From Eubacteriales bacterium (lineage in GTDB: Bacteria; Bacillota; Clostridia; Oscillospirales; UBA644), in assembly GCA_045603745.1 (NCBI GenBank), contig JAZUMQ010000003.1:2599-66598 (forward strand): DNA of 64,000 nt, given 5' to 3'. Shown in pieces: positions 49,893-59,716 of the stretch. The translations under genes and the position numbers were made by a program. Every line of letters begins with the position of its first letter. Position 1 is the first letter of the stretch. The notes under the pieces were generated by a model, which was not told the origin of the DNA, did not search any database, and saw nothing but the letters and a program-made list of their open reading frames with translations.

Positions 49893-50906
49893 ATGAAACG
49901 AATTGGAATTCTTACCAGCGGCGGCGACAGTCAAGGCATGAACAACGCCATTCGCGCCGTTACCAGAACCGCCATTGCAAACGGCATGACCGTAATGGGC
50001 ATTCGCAATGGTTATCAAGGCTTGATTGACGGAGATATTGAAGAATTGTATCTTCGCTCCGTTTCCAATATTCTCGACCGGGGCGGCACTTTCTTGCAAA
50101 CTGCCAGATGTCTGGAATTCAAAGAAGAAGCCGGTGTTCTGAAAGCCGTAAAGACCTGTAAAGATTTCGGAATCGAGGGGCTTGTGGTCATCGGCGGCGA
50201 CGGATCGTTCCGTGGAGCAAGAGATATGTCCTTGCACGGCATTCCCACCGTTGCCATGCCGGGAACCATTGACAACGATATTGCCTGCAGTGAATACACC
50301 ATCGGCTTTGACACCGCCGTTAACGTTGCCATGGAAGCGGCGGATAAATTGCGGGATACCTCCACATCGCACCACCGTTGCTCAGTCATCGAAGTTATGG
50401 GACGCAATGCCGGTTGGGTTGCCGTTGACGTAGGGATTTCCGCAGGTGCAACCTATACGTTGGTTCCCGAAGTTTCCTTCACAATGGAAGAAGTGATCGA
50501 TAAAATCAACCGAGGCAAAGCCACAGGAAAGAAAAACTTCATGATTGTGGTTTCCGAAGGCATTTTCATGGATTCCAAGAAAAACAAAAATTATCAATAC
50601 CTGTCCAAGCTTGGATTGACCAGCGCAACCAAGTTTGCAAGAACCTTGGAAGAATTGACCGGCGTAGATAGCCGTGCCACCATTTTGGGGCACATTCAAA
50701 GAGGAGGTTCCCCCTCTGCCCGGGACCGTTACATTGCCACCGAAATGGGTTGCCGTTGTGCAAATCTTTTGCAAGAGGGAAAATCCAACCGTGTCGTGGT
50801 AATCAAGGAAAATAAAATTATTGACCTTAACATTGTCGAAGCATTGGAAATGACGAAGGAATTCGACATGGAACGTTACAACCTGGCAAATAGAATCGGA
50901 ATCTGA
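49893..50906 (+). CDS. pfkA: ATP-dependent 6-phosphofructokinase
   Basis: LTSGGDSQGMN, IGGDGS, PGTIDND, EVMGR, LGHIQRGG. Confidence 0.96.
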   Translation: MKRIGILTSGGDSQGMNNAIRAVTRTAIANGMTVMGIRNGYQGLIDGDIEELYLRSVSNILDRGGTFLQTARCLEFKEEAGVLKAVKTCKDFGIEGLVVIGGDGSFRGARDMSLHGIPTVAMPGTIDNDIACSEYTIGFDTAVNVAMEAADKLRDTSTSHHRCSVIEVMGRNAGWVAVDVGISAGATYTLVPEVSFTMEEVIDKINRGKATGKKNFMIVVSEGIFMDSKKNKNYQYLSKLGLTSATKFARTLEELTGVDSRATILGHIQRGGSPSARDRYIATEMGCRCANLLQEGKSNRVVVIKENKIIDLNIVEALEMTKEFDMERYNLANRIGI

Positions 50907-50919
50907 TTGATCAACATAG

Positions 50920-50953
50920 AAAAGGCTGTCGCAGAAAAATGCGACAGCCTTTT
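50920..50953 (+). terminator. intrinsic terminator
   Basis: AAAAGGCTGTCGCA-GAAAAA-TGCGACAGCCTTTT. Confidence 0.88.
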
Positions 50954-51053
50954 TGCACTTTAAGAAAATCGTAAGAATCCGTCTATTGAATTTTAATATA
51001 TTTTGTTGTATAATGTCATTGTAGGAAAAATTTTGGACATTCCGGAGGAAGAC

Positions 51054-51866
51054 ATGGAATTTTTACGCAAGGTATTGGAAATTTTAAACGCGAAAATGAC
51101 GACTCCCGAGGGATACGACTGGTTTCATCTGTTGTTTTTTGCATTATCTATCGGTGCCGGAATCCTGCTTTGCATAAAATACAAAAAACCCACGGAAAAG
51201 CAGATGCGTACAATACTTTTGATTGTTTCCGTCACGTCCATCGTTTTGGAAATTTACAAACAGATCAACTACACCTTCTCCCCTACGGACACAGGGATAG
51301 AAATCGACTATCAATGGTACGCCTTCCCCTGGCAATTCTGTTCTATGCCCATGTACGTGGGATTACTTGGAGGGTTAACAAAAGGGAATTTCCACAATGC
51401 CATGTGCGCCTTTCTTGCCACCTATTCTACCTTTGCCGGGCTATGCGTTATGCTTTATCCCGCACAGGTATTTATCAGTACCATCGGAATCAATCTGCAA
51501 ACCATGATCTGCCACGGCTCCATATTAACCTTGGGGATTTTCCTTTTGGGAACGCAGTACGTGAAATCCGAACACCGCACCGTTCTTAAGGCAGTTCCGG
51601 TCTTTTCCGTCGCCATATTAATCGCCATGGGCATGAATGAATTGGCGCACTTGGTCGGAATCACCGAGGCGGAAACCTTTAATATGTTTTTCATCAGCCC
51701 GTACGAAGACCCCTCGTTGCCGGTTTATTCTATCGTACAACAATACGTGCCTTATCCCTGGAGTTTGATTATTTACATAGCGGCATTCACGCTGGCGGCC
51801 TATTTGATCCTGCTGATCTCTATGGGGGCGTTTCATATTAAACATAAAATGCAGAATGTAAAGTAA
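51054..51866 (+). CDS. YwaF/TMEM164-like integral membrane protein
   Basis: LEIYKQ, FPWQFCSMPMY, QTMICHG, NMFFISP; about 7 TM segments. Confidence 0.7.
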   Translation: MEFLRKVLEILNAKMTTPEGYDWFHLLFFALSIGAGILLCIKYKKPTEKQMRTILLIVSVTSIVLEIYKQINYTFSPTDTGIEIDYQWYAFPWQFCSMPMYVGLLGGLTKGNFHNAMCAFLATYSTFAGLCVMLYPAQVFISTIGINLQTMICHGSILTLGIFLLGTQYVKSEHRTVLKAVPVFSVAILIAMGMNELAHLVGITEAETFNMFFISPYEDPSLPVYSIVQQYVPYPWSLIIYIAAFTLAAYLILLISMGAFHIKHKMQNVK

Positions 51867-51895
51867 AAAATCATTTATTGAATCCGAATAGAATT

Positions 51896-51925
51896 ACTCC
51901 CATCTCAATGCGTTGAGATGGGAGT
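51896..51925. terminator. terminator hairpin between convergent genes
   Basis: ACTCCCATCTCAA-TGCG-TTGAGATGGGAGT. Confidence 0.8.
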
Positions 51926-51931
51926 GTATTT

Positions 51932-54088
51932 TTACTTTTTCTTATCCGCTTCTTTGAGCAAGAAACCGGAGACGGGAATAGAGGAAGTGCGATATCCTTC
52001 GGGTTTGACGAAGGTTCCCGCTTGATAGGGTTCTGCGGAAATCAAGGCATTCTTTGCCTTGACCGACAACACCGTCACGCCGTTGGCATTCTTGGTAACC
52101 TTTTCGGGTATCAAAGAAGATTTGACAAGCAGATGACGGTTATTGGACGTTCGCAGATAGAATTCCGCCTCTTCTCGGATATGGTAGACCGAAACCAAGG
52201 GGGAGGCATCGGAATAGGCGTTGATGAGTTTTTTTCGATTCTGTTTGGTTTCGTAAGCGCTCAGAGGAACACGCACACCCTTGCCGTTGGAAAAGAAGTA
52301 GACCAAATGACCGGAATAATCGCGGGTTGCAAACATGGCGACGGGAACTTCGTTGGGATCAAAGTCTAACTTCTGAGGCAAAAATTCGCCCAAAACGCTG
52401 GCTTTGGAATCGGCAAAGTCCGAGGAGGCCTTGCATTTATAAACCTGTTGTTGATTGGTGAAAATCAGCAATTCTGCGGCATTCCCGGAATCAATGGAAC
52501 AGAGCAGTTCGTCCCCTTCTTTATATTTCTGTTCTCCGCCCATGCGAAGAGAGAGAGGGGTAATTTTTTTGAAATATCCCGCCTTGGAAAGGAAGAAGGT
52601 AACGGCGTAATCGTCGACTTTTTCTTCCTCCACAATCTCTTCGATCTCATCGGGATAAAGGAGTTGGGTTTTCCGGGGTTTTCCGTACTTTTTGGAAATT
52701 TCCTGCAACTGCTTAATAATCAGTTTATGGATCCGCTTGGGTTTATTCAAGAGATCTTCCAGATCTTCAATCTCTTCCGCTAAAGCATCGGTCTCGGCGG
52801 TTTTATTCAGGATATATTCTCGGTTCAGATTGCGTAATTTAATTTCCGCCACGTATTCCGCCTGAACCTGATCTATACCAAATCCGATCATCAGGTTGGG
52901 AATAACGTCGCTTGCTTCTTCGGTCTGACGAATGATACGAATGGCTTCGTCAATATCCAAAAGAATTTTCCGCAAACCTTGAAGCAGGTGGAGATATTCT
53001 TTTTTCTTGCCGATGTCGTAAAACGTCGCCCGACGGATACATTCCACACGAAACGCGATCCATTCGTTGAGGATTTCCCGAACGCCCATAACCTTGGGAG
53101 AATACCCCACGAGAATATTGAAATTGCAGGAAAAAGCAGATTCCAGGGGGGTCATCTTATACAATTTCTGCATCAACGCGTCGGGGTTGGTTCCCCGCTT
53201 CAAGTCGATGGTGAGTTTCAGGCCGTTAATATCGGTCTCGTCCCGCATATAGGAAATTTCTTTGATTTTGCCCAGTTTTACCAACTCTTCGATTTTATCT
53301 TGACAAGCTTCGATGGTGGTATTGTAAGGAATCTCGTAAATTTCGATGCAGTTACTCTTTTTGTCGTAGCGGTATTTGGAACGGAGACGGAAAGATCCGG
53401 AGCCGGTCTCGTAAATATTGCGCAGAGCGTCGGCATCATAAATCAGTTGTGCCCCGGAAGGAAAATCGGGGGCAGTAAGGGTCATGAGAATATCGTGATC
53501 TTTATTCTTCAGAAGTTCGATGGTGGTGTTACAGATTTCGATCAAGTTAAAGGAGCAGATATTGGTTGCCATACCGACGGCAACCCCCTGATTGGGATTG
53601 ACCAAAATATTGGGAAACGTAACCGGCAACAAAGACGGTTCTTTCATGGTTCCGTCATAATTATCCACCATATCCACCGTATCGTGGTCAATCTCGCTGA
53701 ACAGTTCGGTGGCAAAGCCGTCCAATTTCACTTCCGTATAACGGGGAGCGGCGTAAGCGGTATCTCTTGAAGTATGTTTTCCGAAGTTTCCTTTCGATTC
53801 CACAAAGGGGTGAAGCAATGCTTCGTGTCCCCGGGTGAGACGAACCATGGTATCGTAAATGGCGGCATCGCCGTGGGGATTAAGACGCATGGTCTGTCCT
53901 ACCACGTTTGCGGATTTAGTCAGATGTCCGTTGATCAACCCCATTTTATACATAGTGTAGAGCAATTTCCGGTGAGCGGGTTTAAATCCGTCAATTTCGG
54001 GAATGGCGCGGGAGACGATCACCGACATAGCATAAGGCATATAGTTCAATTCGAGGGTGTCGGTAATTTTTTGTTCGTATTGCGGCAT
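51932..54088 (-). CDS. type IIA topoisomerase subunit A (GyrA/ParC-like)
   Basis: SRAIPEIDGFKPAHR, NPHGD, catalytic AAPRYTE, AVGMATNI. Confidence 0.92.
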   Translation of the reverse strand: MPQYEQKITDTLELNYMPYAMSVIVSRAIPEIDGFKPAHRKLLYTMYKMGLINGHLTKSANVVGQTMRLNPHGDAAIYDTMVRLTRGHEALLHPFVESKGNFGKHTSRDTAYAAPRYTEVKLDGFATELFSEIDHDTVDMVDNYDGTMKEPSLLPVTFPNILVNPNQGVAVGMATNICSFNLIEICNTTIELLKNKDHDILMTLTAPDFPSGAQLIYDADALRNIYETGSGSFRLRSKYRYDKKSNCIEIYEIPYNTTIEACQDKIEELVKLGKIKEISYMRDETDINGLKLTIDLKRGTNPDALMQKLYKMTPLESAFSCNFNILVGYSPKVMGVREILNEWIAFRVECIRRATFYDIGKKKEYLHLLQGLRKILLDIDEAIRIIRQTEEASDVIPNLMIGFGIDQVQAEYVAEIKLRNLNREYILNKTAETDALAEEIEDLEDLLNKPKRIHKLIIKQLQEISKKYGKPRKTQLLYPDEIEEIVEEEKVDDYAVTFFLSKAGYFKKITPLSLRMGGEQKYKEGDELLCSIDSGNAAELLIFTNQQQVYKCKASSDFADSKASVLGEFLPQKLDFDPNEVPVAMFATRDYSGHLVYFFSNGKGVRVPLSAYETKQNRKKLINAYSDASPLVSVYHIREEAEFYLRTSNNRHLLVKSSLIPEKVTKNANGVTVLSVKAKNALISAEPYQAGTFVKPEGYRTSSIPVSGFLLKEADKKK

Positions 54089-54106
54089 TGTCTTCTTCTC
54101 CCTTCC

Positions 54107-56089
54107 TTAAATATCTGCCAGTTCCAGGAACTGGGCACCGCACTCGGCAATGTGTTGTTTTCGCCCTTCCAAATCGTCGCCTAAAAGCATATCGAAGACC
54201 TGTGCGGTTCGTTCCGCTTCTTCGGGAAGAACTTGAATCAGGCGGCGGGTTTCGGGATCCATGGTGGTCAACTTCATCATTTCAGGTTCGTTTTCACCAA
54301 GCCCCTTAGAGCGCTGGACCGTATATTTTCCGTTCAAACCGGAAACGATTTCATTCTTTTCTTTATCGGTATAGGCGAACCAAGTCTTATCCTTTTGGGT
54401 AATTTCGTAGAGAGGGGATTCGGCGATGTAAACCTTTCCTTCCTCCAAAAGCTTGGGGGTCAGGCGATAGATCATCGCCAAAACCAGAGTACGAATCTGG
54501 TAACCGTCCACGTCGGCATCGGTACAGATGATGATCTTACCGAACCGTAGATTGTCGATATTAAAGGCAGATTCTTCGCTTCCCTTGACTTTGATGTCCA
54601 CACCGCACCCTAAGACTTTGATCAGGTCGGTGATGATGGGAGATTTGAGAATTTTGTTGTATTCTACCTTCAGACAGTTCAAAATCTTACCGCGAATGGG
54701 CATGATGGCTTGGAATTCCGCTTGACGGGCAAATTTGACCGAACCCAAAGCGGAGTCCCCTTCTACGATATACAGTTCCCGGACGGCAGGGTCTTTGGAA
54801 CGGCAATCGACGAATTTTTCCACCCGGTTGGTAATATCCATTTCCACCGTCAGTTTCTTCTTCAGATTCTGGCGGGTTTTTTCGGCATTTTCCCGGCTGC
54901 GCTTGTTGACCAAAATTTGTTCGGCGATCTTGTCTGCGTCCCCTTTGTGTTCGATAAAATATACTTCCAGAGAATGGCGCAAAAATTCGTTCATCGCATC
55001 GTAAATGTATTTGTTGTTGATCGCCTTTTTGGTCTGATTTTCGTAGGAAGTGGAAGTAGAGTAGGAATTGGAGATCAAGACCAAACAGTCCTGAACGTCC
55101 TGAAAGGTAATCTTCGCTTCATTTTTCGTGTATTTTCCGATTTTGCGAATGTAATTGTCAAAGGCGTAGACAAAAGCAGAACGAACCGCCTTATCGGGAG
55201 AACCGCCGTATTCCAAGAAACTGGAGTTATGATAATATTCCATGCGATTGACCCGATTGGAGAAGGCACAGGCGATGTTGAGACGAACTTTATATTCGGG
55301 CAGATCTTCCCGATCCCGCCCCTGTCGGTCGGCAGACCACATCTGGGGCGCGGCGATGGCATCGTCTCCGATAAAGGAATTGATATAGTCCTCAATTCCC
55401 TTTTCGTAGCAATATATTTCTTCTTCAAATTTTTTGTCCACAGGGTTCTGCCAACGCAAAATCAGGGTCAAACCGGCGTTACAGATGGCTTGCTGTTGCA
55501 ATACACCCTGAAAATAAGACCGGGGAATATCAATCTCCGTAAAAACTTTCAGGTCGGGCTTCCAACGAATAGTGGAACCGCGCTTGTGTTTCATAGGAAC
55601 TTTTTTCAAAACGTCGTCTTTATTCTTTTCGACGGGGTGGCCTTCTTTGAACGCAAGCTTGTACTGATAGGTGCCGTCGTAGATCTCCGCTTCCATAAAT
55701 TCCGACGCATACTGGGTTGCACAGAGTCCCAACCCATTCAAACCAAGGGAATATTCGTAGAGATTGTTGGAATCGTCGCCATATTTTCCCCCGGCATACA
55801 TTTCGCAGAACAGAAGTTCCCAGTTGTAGGCCTTTTCTTTTTGGTTGTAGTCCACGGGAATGCCGTTACCGAAGTCCTGAACCTCAATGGAATGATCGGC
55901 GTAGCAGGTGACGATGATCTTGTCTCCTCTCCCCTCTTTAAATTCGTCGATGGAGTTGGAAAGAATTTCAAAAAAGGAATGGCAGCACCCTTCCAATCCA
56001 TTGGAACCGAAAATGACCGAGGGGCGCAGACGAACCCGGTCTGCACCTTTCAGCGATTTGATACTTTCGTTGTTGTATTCGTTTGCCAC
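54107..56089 (-). CDS. type IIA topoisomerase subunit B (GyrB/ParE-like)
   Basis: EILSNSIDE, DFGNGIP, VEGDSALGS, PIRGKILN, TDADVDG, KGLGE. Confidence 0.93.
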   Translation of the reverse strand: MANEYNNESIKSLKGADRVRLRPSVIFGSNGLEGCCHSFFEILSNSIDEFKEGRGDKIIVTCYADHSIEVQDFGNGIPVDYNQKEKAYNWELLFCEMYAGGKYGDDSNNLYEYSLGLNGLGLCATQYASEFMEAEIYDGTYQYKLAFKEGHPVEKNKDDVLKKVPMKHKRGSTIRWKPDLKVFTEIDIPRSYFQGVLQQQAICNAGLTLILRWQNPVDKKFEEEIYCYEKGIEDYINSFIGDDAIAAPQMWSADRQGRDREDLPEYKVRLNIACAFSNRVNRMEYYHNSSFLEYGGSPDKAVRSAFVYAFDNYIRKIGKYTKNEAKITFQDVQDCLVLISNSYSTSTSYENQTKKAINNKYIYDAMNEFLRHSLEVYFIEHKGDADKIAEQILVNKRSRENAEKTRQNLKKKLTVEMDITNRVEKFVDCRSKDPAVRELYIVEGDSALGSVKFARQAEFQAIMPIRGKILNCLKVEYNKILKSPIITDLIKVLGCGVDIKVKGSEESAFNIDNLRFGKIIICTDADVDGYQIRTLVLAMIYRLTPKLLEEGKVYIAESPLYEITQKDKTWFAYTDKEKNEIVSGLNGKYTVQRSKGLGENEPEMMKLTTMDPETRRLIQVLPEEAERTAQVFDMLLGDDLEGRKQHIAECGAQFLELADI

Positions 56090-56128
56090 GAAATAACCCT
56101 CTCTTTATTTTTCTTTTATATCACTAAA

Positions 56129-57430
56129 TTATATTATACCACAATTTTCCGATTTTTGCAAGTCTCCCTTACAAACCGAATCTCCGGCCTCGGTAATACG
56201 GACGGAAAGGATCTGACCGGTGAGACAAATATTGCTTTGAACCGAAACTGAAAGGGAGTTGGCGGCAGAACCGGTGTAGATGCCATTCTTCCCCTGTTCA
56301 AAGAGAATGGGTAACGTGCGACCCACGTATTTTTCCCGGTTGATTTTTTCCAACCGATCGGAAAGTGCTAACATACGACGGCAACGCTCCTTTTTCACCG
56401 AGGGATCGACGGGATCGGGCATATCCCAAGCGGCAGTTCCCCGGCGGGGAGAAAAGGGGAACACGTTAATTTTGGAAAATCCGATTTTCTCTGCAAATTC
56501 AAGGGTTTCCCCAAATTCTTCTTCCGTCTCGCCGGGAAATCCGACGATAATGTCGGTGGTCAGAGAAAGGTCGGGGAACGCCTTTCGCAACAATTCCACA
56601 CCGTTGGCGTATTCTTCGGCGGTATAACGGCGGCGCATACGCTTCAGCGTGGCAGTACAGCCACTTTGCAGAGAAAGATTGAAATGGGGACAAAGGTGTT
56701 TCAGAGATTTCAATCTCTGCACCGTTTCCGGGGTCACCATAACCGGTTCCGTTGAACCGAGACGGATCCGTTCCAAGCCGGGGATCTCGTCCAACTTTTC
56801 CAACAGATCGCAGAGGGAAAACCGACCGTGTTCCTTGCCGTAACTGTCCAAATGAATTCCGGTCAAAACGATTTCCCGATAGCCTTTTTTTACCAGATTT
56901 TCCACCTCAGAAACCGCATCGTTGATCTCTTTACTGCGAATGGGGCCTCGGGCGTAGGGAATAATACAATAGGCGCAAAAATTACAGCAACCGTCTTGAA
57001 TTTTAACGGTAGCGCGCACCCGTTCATCGCTGACTAAGGTCATCTCCTCGAAAGATCGGTGAGATAAAATGGGAGGCACTTCCCGTAGAGGCTGGCGGTA
57101 AGCAAGAAATTCTTTCACTAAAGCGGGAAGGCGGGTCTTGTCCTTGTTTCCGAGAACAATATCCGCTTCCGGGAGAGAATCGGGGTCGGTCTGAGCAAGA
57201 CACCCCAGCACACAGACCACCGAATCCGGAGAAACTCGGCGCGCCCGGCGCATCATCTGGCGGCTTTTCCGAGTACTTTCTTCGGTGACGGCACAGGAAT
57301 GAATGATACAAACGTCGCAAGGAGTTCCGAACGGAACGAATTCCGCGGTTCCGTCATCAAAAAGGTGGCGAAGAACCTGACTTTCGTAATGGTTGACTTT
57401 GCAACCCAAAGTGCAAAGGGAAATTTTCAT
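56129..57430 (-). CDS. mtaB: tRNA t6A37 methylthiotransferase MtaB
   Basis: TLGCKVNHYES, HSCAVT, KIQDGCCNFCAYCIIPYARG, IVGFPGET, FSPRRGT. Confidence 0.93.
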   Translation of the reverse strand: MKISLCTLGCKVNHYESQVLRHLFDDGTAEFVPFGTPCDVCIIHSCAVTEESTRKSRQMMRRARRVSPDSVVCVLGCLAQTDPDSLPEADIVLGNKDKTRLPALVKEFLAYRQPLREVPPILSHRSFEEMTLVSDERVRATVKIQDGCCNFCAYCIIPYARGPIRSKEINDAVSEVENLVKKGYREIVLTGIHLDSYGKEHGRFSLCDLLEKLDEIPGLERIRLGSTEPVMVTPETVQRLKSLKHLCPHFNLSLQSGCTATLKRMRRRYTAEEYANGVELLRKAFPDLSLTTDIIVGFPGETEEEFGETLEFAEKIGFSKINVFPFSPRRGTAAWDMPDPVDPSVKKERCRRMLALSDRLEKINREKYVGRTLPILFEQGKNGIYTGSAANSLSVSVQSNICLTGQILSVRITEAGDSVCKGDLQKSENCGII

Positions 57431-57575
57431 AAAAAATCGGCAACTCCTAACAAAATGTACTAATATTATACATTATACAATATTTTGCAGGTTTTTACAA
57501 GAGAATTTACAAAATTTTCAAAAGCAGAAGACCGCCGGCAGATTGAGCAGGCGGTCCTGAGGAAAGGGAACAAGT

Positions 57576-57734
57576 TCAGCAACGACAATCGTGGTCACAA
57601 CGGTCGCAACAGTTGTTATCGCTGGAACGGTCGAAGCACAAGAAATATAAGACAATTATTGCGATTACGATAATCCACCAAGAATTAGAATTGTCGTTGT
57701 TTCCGGAGCAGTTGTTTTGATTACCAAACAGCAT
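57576..57734 (-). CDS. 52-aa Cys/Asn-rich single-TM small protein (possibly sporulation related)
   Basis: GAGGTG RBS; MLFGNQNNCSGNNDNSNSWWIIVIAIIVLYFLCFDRSSDNNCCDRCDHDCRC; hairpin at about 57529-57557 downstream. Confidence 0.75.
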   Translation of the reverse strand: MLFGNQNNCSGNNDNSNSWWIIVIAIIVLYFLCFDRSSDNNCCDRCDHDCRC

Positions 57735-57910
57735 ATCGATCACCTCAATCCATTTTATGCGAAAGCACGCAAAGGGTGAATCGCACAAGAAAAGCGCTTT
57801 TTTCACAAAAAAATTGCATTTCCGCTCTTGTAATGCTATGATAATTGTGTTATAATGTATATTATTTAGTTCTGACGCGCGTGCACACACGCATACACGG
57901 AGGTATTCAT

Positions 57911-59689
57911 ATGACCGGACAAGACCTGCCCGAAAAAGACCTTCCCATAAACAAATCAAAAACCGAAGCATCGAAATCCCCCTCGAACCTTCTGAAATTC
58001 TGGCGCTGGTTCTGCGGTAAGAATCCGGACGGAAGCCGACAAGAGCCGGTAGTGCAATCTCAAAATCGAACCGTCTTTCGGTACATTGCGGTTCTGCTTG
58101 CATTTCTCGGAATTCTGGGGATCGCGATTGCCGTTTATCAGATCCCGAAAATCGTGGAAGAAGGCGGAGTACGGATCGTTTGGTTGGAAGATCTTTTTGA
58201 CGGAGACCGAACCGAAGAAGAACGAAACTACGATCACACTTCCACCCACGAAAGTGCCTTTGCCTATCGGATCAACCAAGACGGCACCATCGCTCTGTGC
58301 GGATATTTAGGCATTGACGTTGACGTGATCATTCCAAGAACCATCGGAGGGAAACCGGTAACGACCATCGACAACGGTGCTTTTGCTCTGGAAGACATTA
58401 AGACGATTACCATGCACGATACCGTGACGTCTGTCGGAGACAATGCCTTTTCCGGTTGCAAAAATCTGACAACCGCCGTTTTATCGAAAAATCTTTTGGA
58501 ATTGGGGAAAAATGCTTTTAGCGGTTGCGAAGCGTTGACTGAAATTCTCATTCCGGGAAGTATCACCGAAATCAAAGACAACACCTTCCGGCAATGCACC
58601 GGACTGCAAAAGGTCACCCTTTCGGAAGGACTGACCAAAATCGGGAACTACGCCTTTGCGGAAACCGGAATTACCGAAATCACCTTTCCCGCAACACTGA
58701 AAAGAACCGAAAAAGGAGCGTTTTTTTCTTGCTCGGATCTGATGACCGTCAACATGGCAGAAGGGTTGAACACCATCGGAGAAGAAACCTTTTCGGACTG
58801 TAAATCCCTGACCTCGGTCAATTTACCGGATTCGTTAAAAACTTTGGGCAGTCGCGCTTTCGCCCGGTGTACGGGATTGACGGGATTTTCCGGCGGCAAA
58901 AACGTGAAAACGGTGGGAGAAGATTGTTTTTCAAACGCCGAAATGCCGACGGGAAATAAAGTTCAGATCATTCTGGGCGACGGACTTTTGGTAAAATACT
59001 TTGGAAGCGAATTTGCCGTAGAAATCGACGATGACGTCAAGACCATTTGCAACGGAGCGTTTGAAGGAAATCAAACGATGACCATGGTGATGATTCCTTC
59101 CGGCGTTACTTCCGTAGAAGATCGGGCATTCCGAAATTGCACGGCACTCTCTTCCGTCCTTCTGCCAACCTCGGTCACTCACATCGGAAACGAAGCCTTT
59201 GCAGGGTGCATATCTCTCTCCGGGATTATCATTCCCTCGGGACTGAAAACCATGGGAGAAGGAGCTTTTGCTCTGTGCCGGTCTTTGAAAGGGATTTCCC
59301 TTCCTGCGACTTTAGAAGTAGTTCCGACCAATGCTTTTGCAAGATGTACGGATCTGATTGACCTTGTATTGGACGGACAAACCGAAATAAGCGCCGGAGC
59401 CTTTGCAAACTGCACAAGACTGGAATGGATCACCATTCCGAACACGGTGAAATCCATCGGAGATCACGCCTTTTCCGGCTGTACGATGCTCAACTCCATC
59501 AGCCTGCGACCGGGGATTCTCTCCATCGGGAACGGCGCCTTTTCCGCAACCTACATTCGTACCATTACACTCCCCGCGACCCTGACCCATTTGGGCGAGA
59601 ATCTGTTTGAGGATTGTTCCCGGCTTTACGCCGTATCCACAGTCAGAGGAACTTATGCCGATACTTGGGCGACGGAACGAGGATATTGA
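57911..59689 (+). CDS. BspA-type leucine-rich repeat (LRR_5) surface protein with N-terminal TM
   Basis: Many I-G-x-x-A-F-x-x-C-x-x-L repeats; GGAGG RBS. Confidence 0.9.
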   Translation: MTGQDLPEKDLPINKSKTEASKSPSNLLKFWRWFCGKNPDGSRQEPVVQSQNRTVFRYIAVLLAFLGILGIAIAVYQIPKIVEEGGVRIVWLEDLFDGDRTEEERNYDHTSTHESAFAYRINQDGTIALCGYLGIDVDVIIPRTIGGKPVTTIDNGAFALEDIKTITMHDTVTSVGDNAFSGCKNLTTAVLSKNLLELGKNAFSGCEALTEILIPGSITEIKDNTFRQCTGLQKVTLSEGLTKIGNYAFAETGITEITFPATLKRTEKGAFFSCSDLMTVNMAEGLNTIGEETFSDCKSLTSVNLPDSLKTLGSRAFARCTGLTGFSGGKNVKTVGEDCFSNAEMPTGNKVQIILGDGLLVKYFGSEFAVEIDDDVKTICNGAFEGNQTMTMVMIPSGVTSVEDRAFRNCTALSSVLLPTSVTHIGNEAFAGCISLSGIIIPSGLKTMGEGAFALCRSLKGISLPATLEVVPTNAFARCTDLIDLVLDGQTEISAGAFANCTRLEWITIPNTVKSIGDHAFSGCTMLNSISLRPGILSIGNGAFSATYIRTITLPATLTHLGENLFEDCSRLYAVSTVRGTYADTWATERGY

Positions 59690-59716
59690 TAAAAAAGATA
59701 AGGGGATAACGACCAT

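Noticed and set aside
57911-59689. LRR gene as a diversity-generating or phase-variable locus
   Set aside because: The repeats are degenerate at DNA level, and there is no reverse transcriptase, invertase or template repeat nearby.
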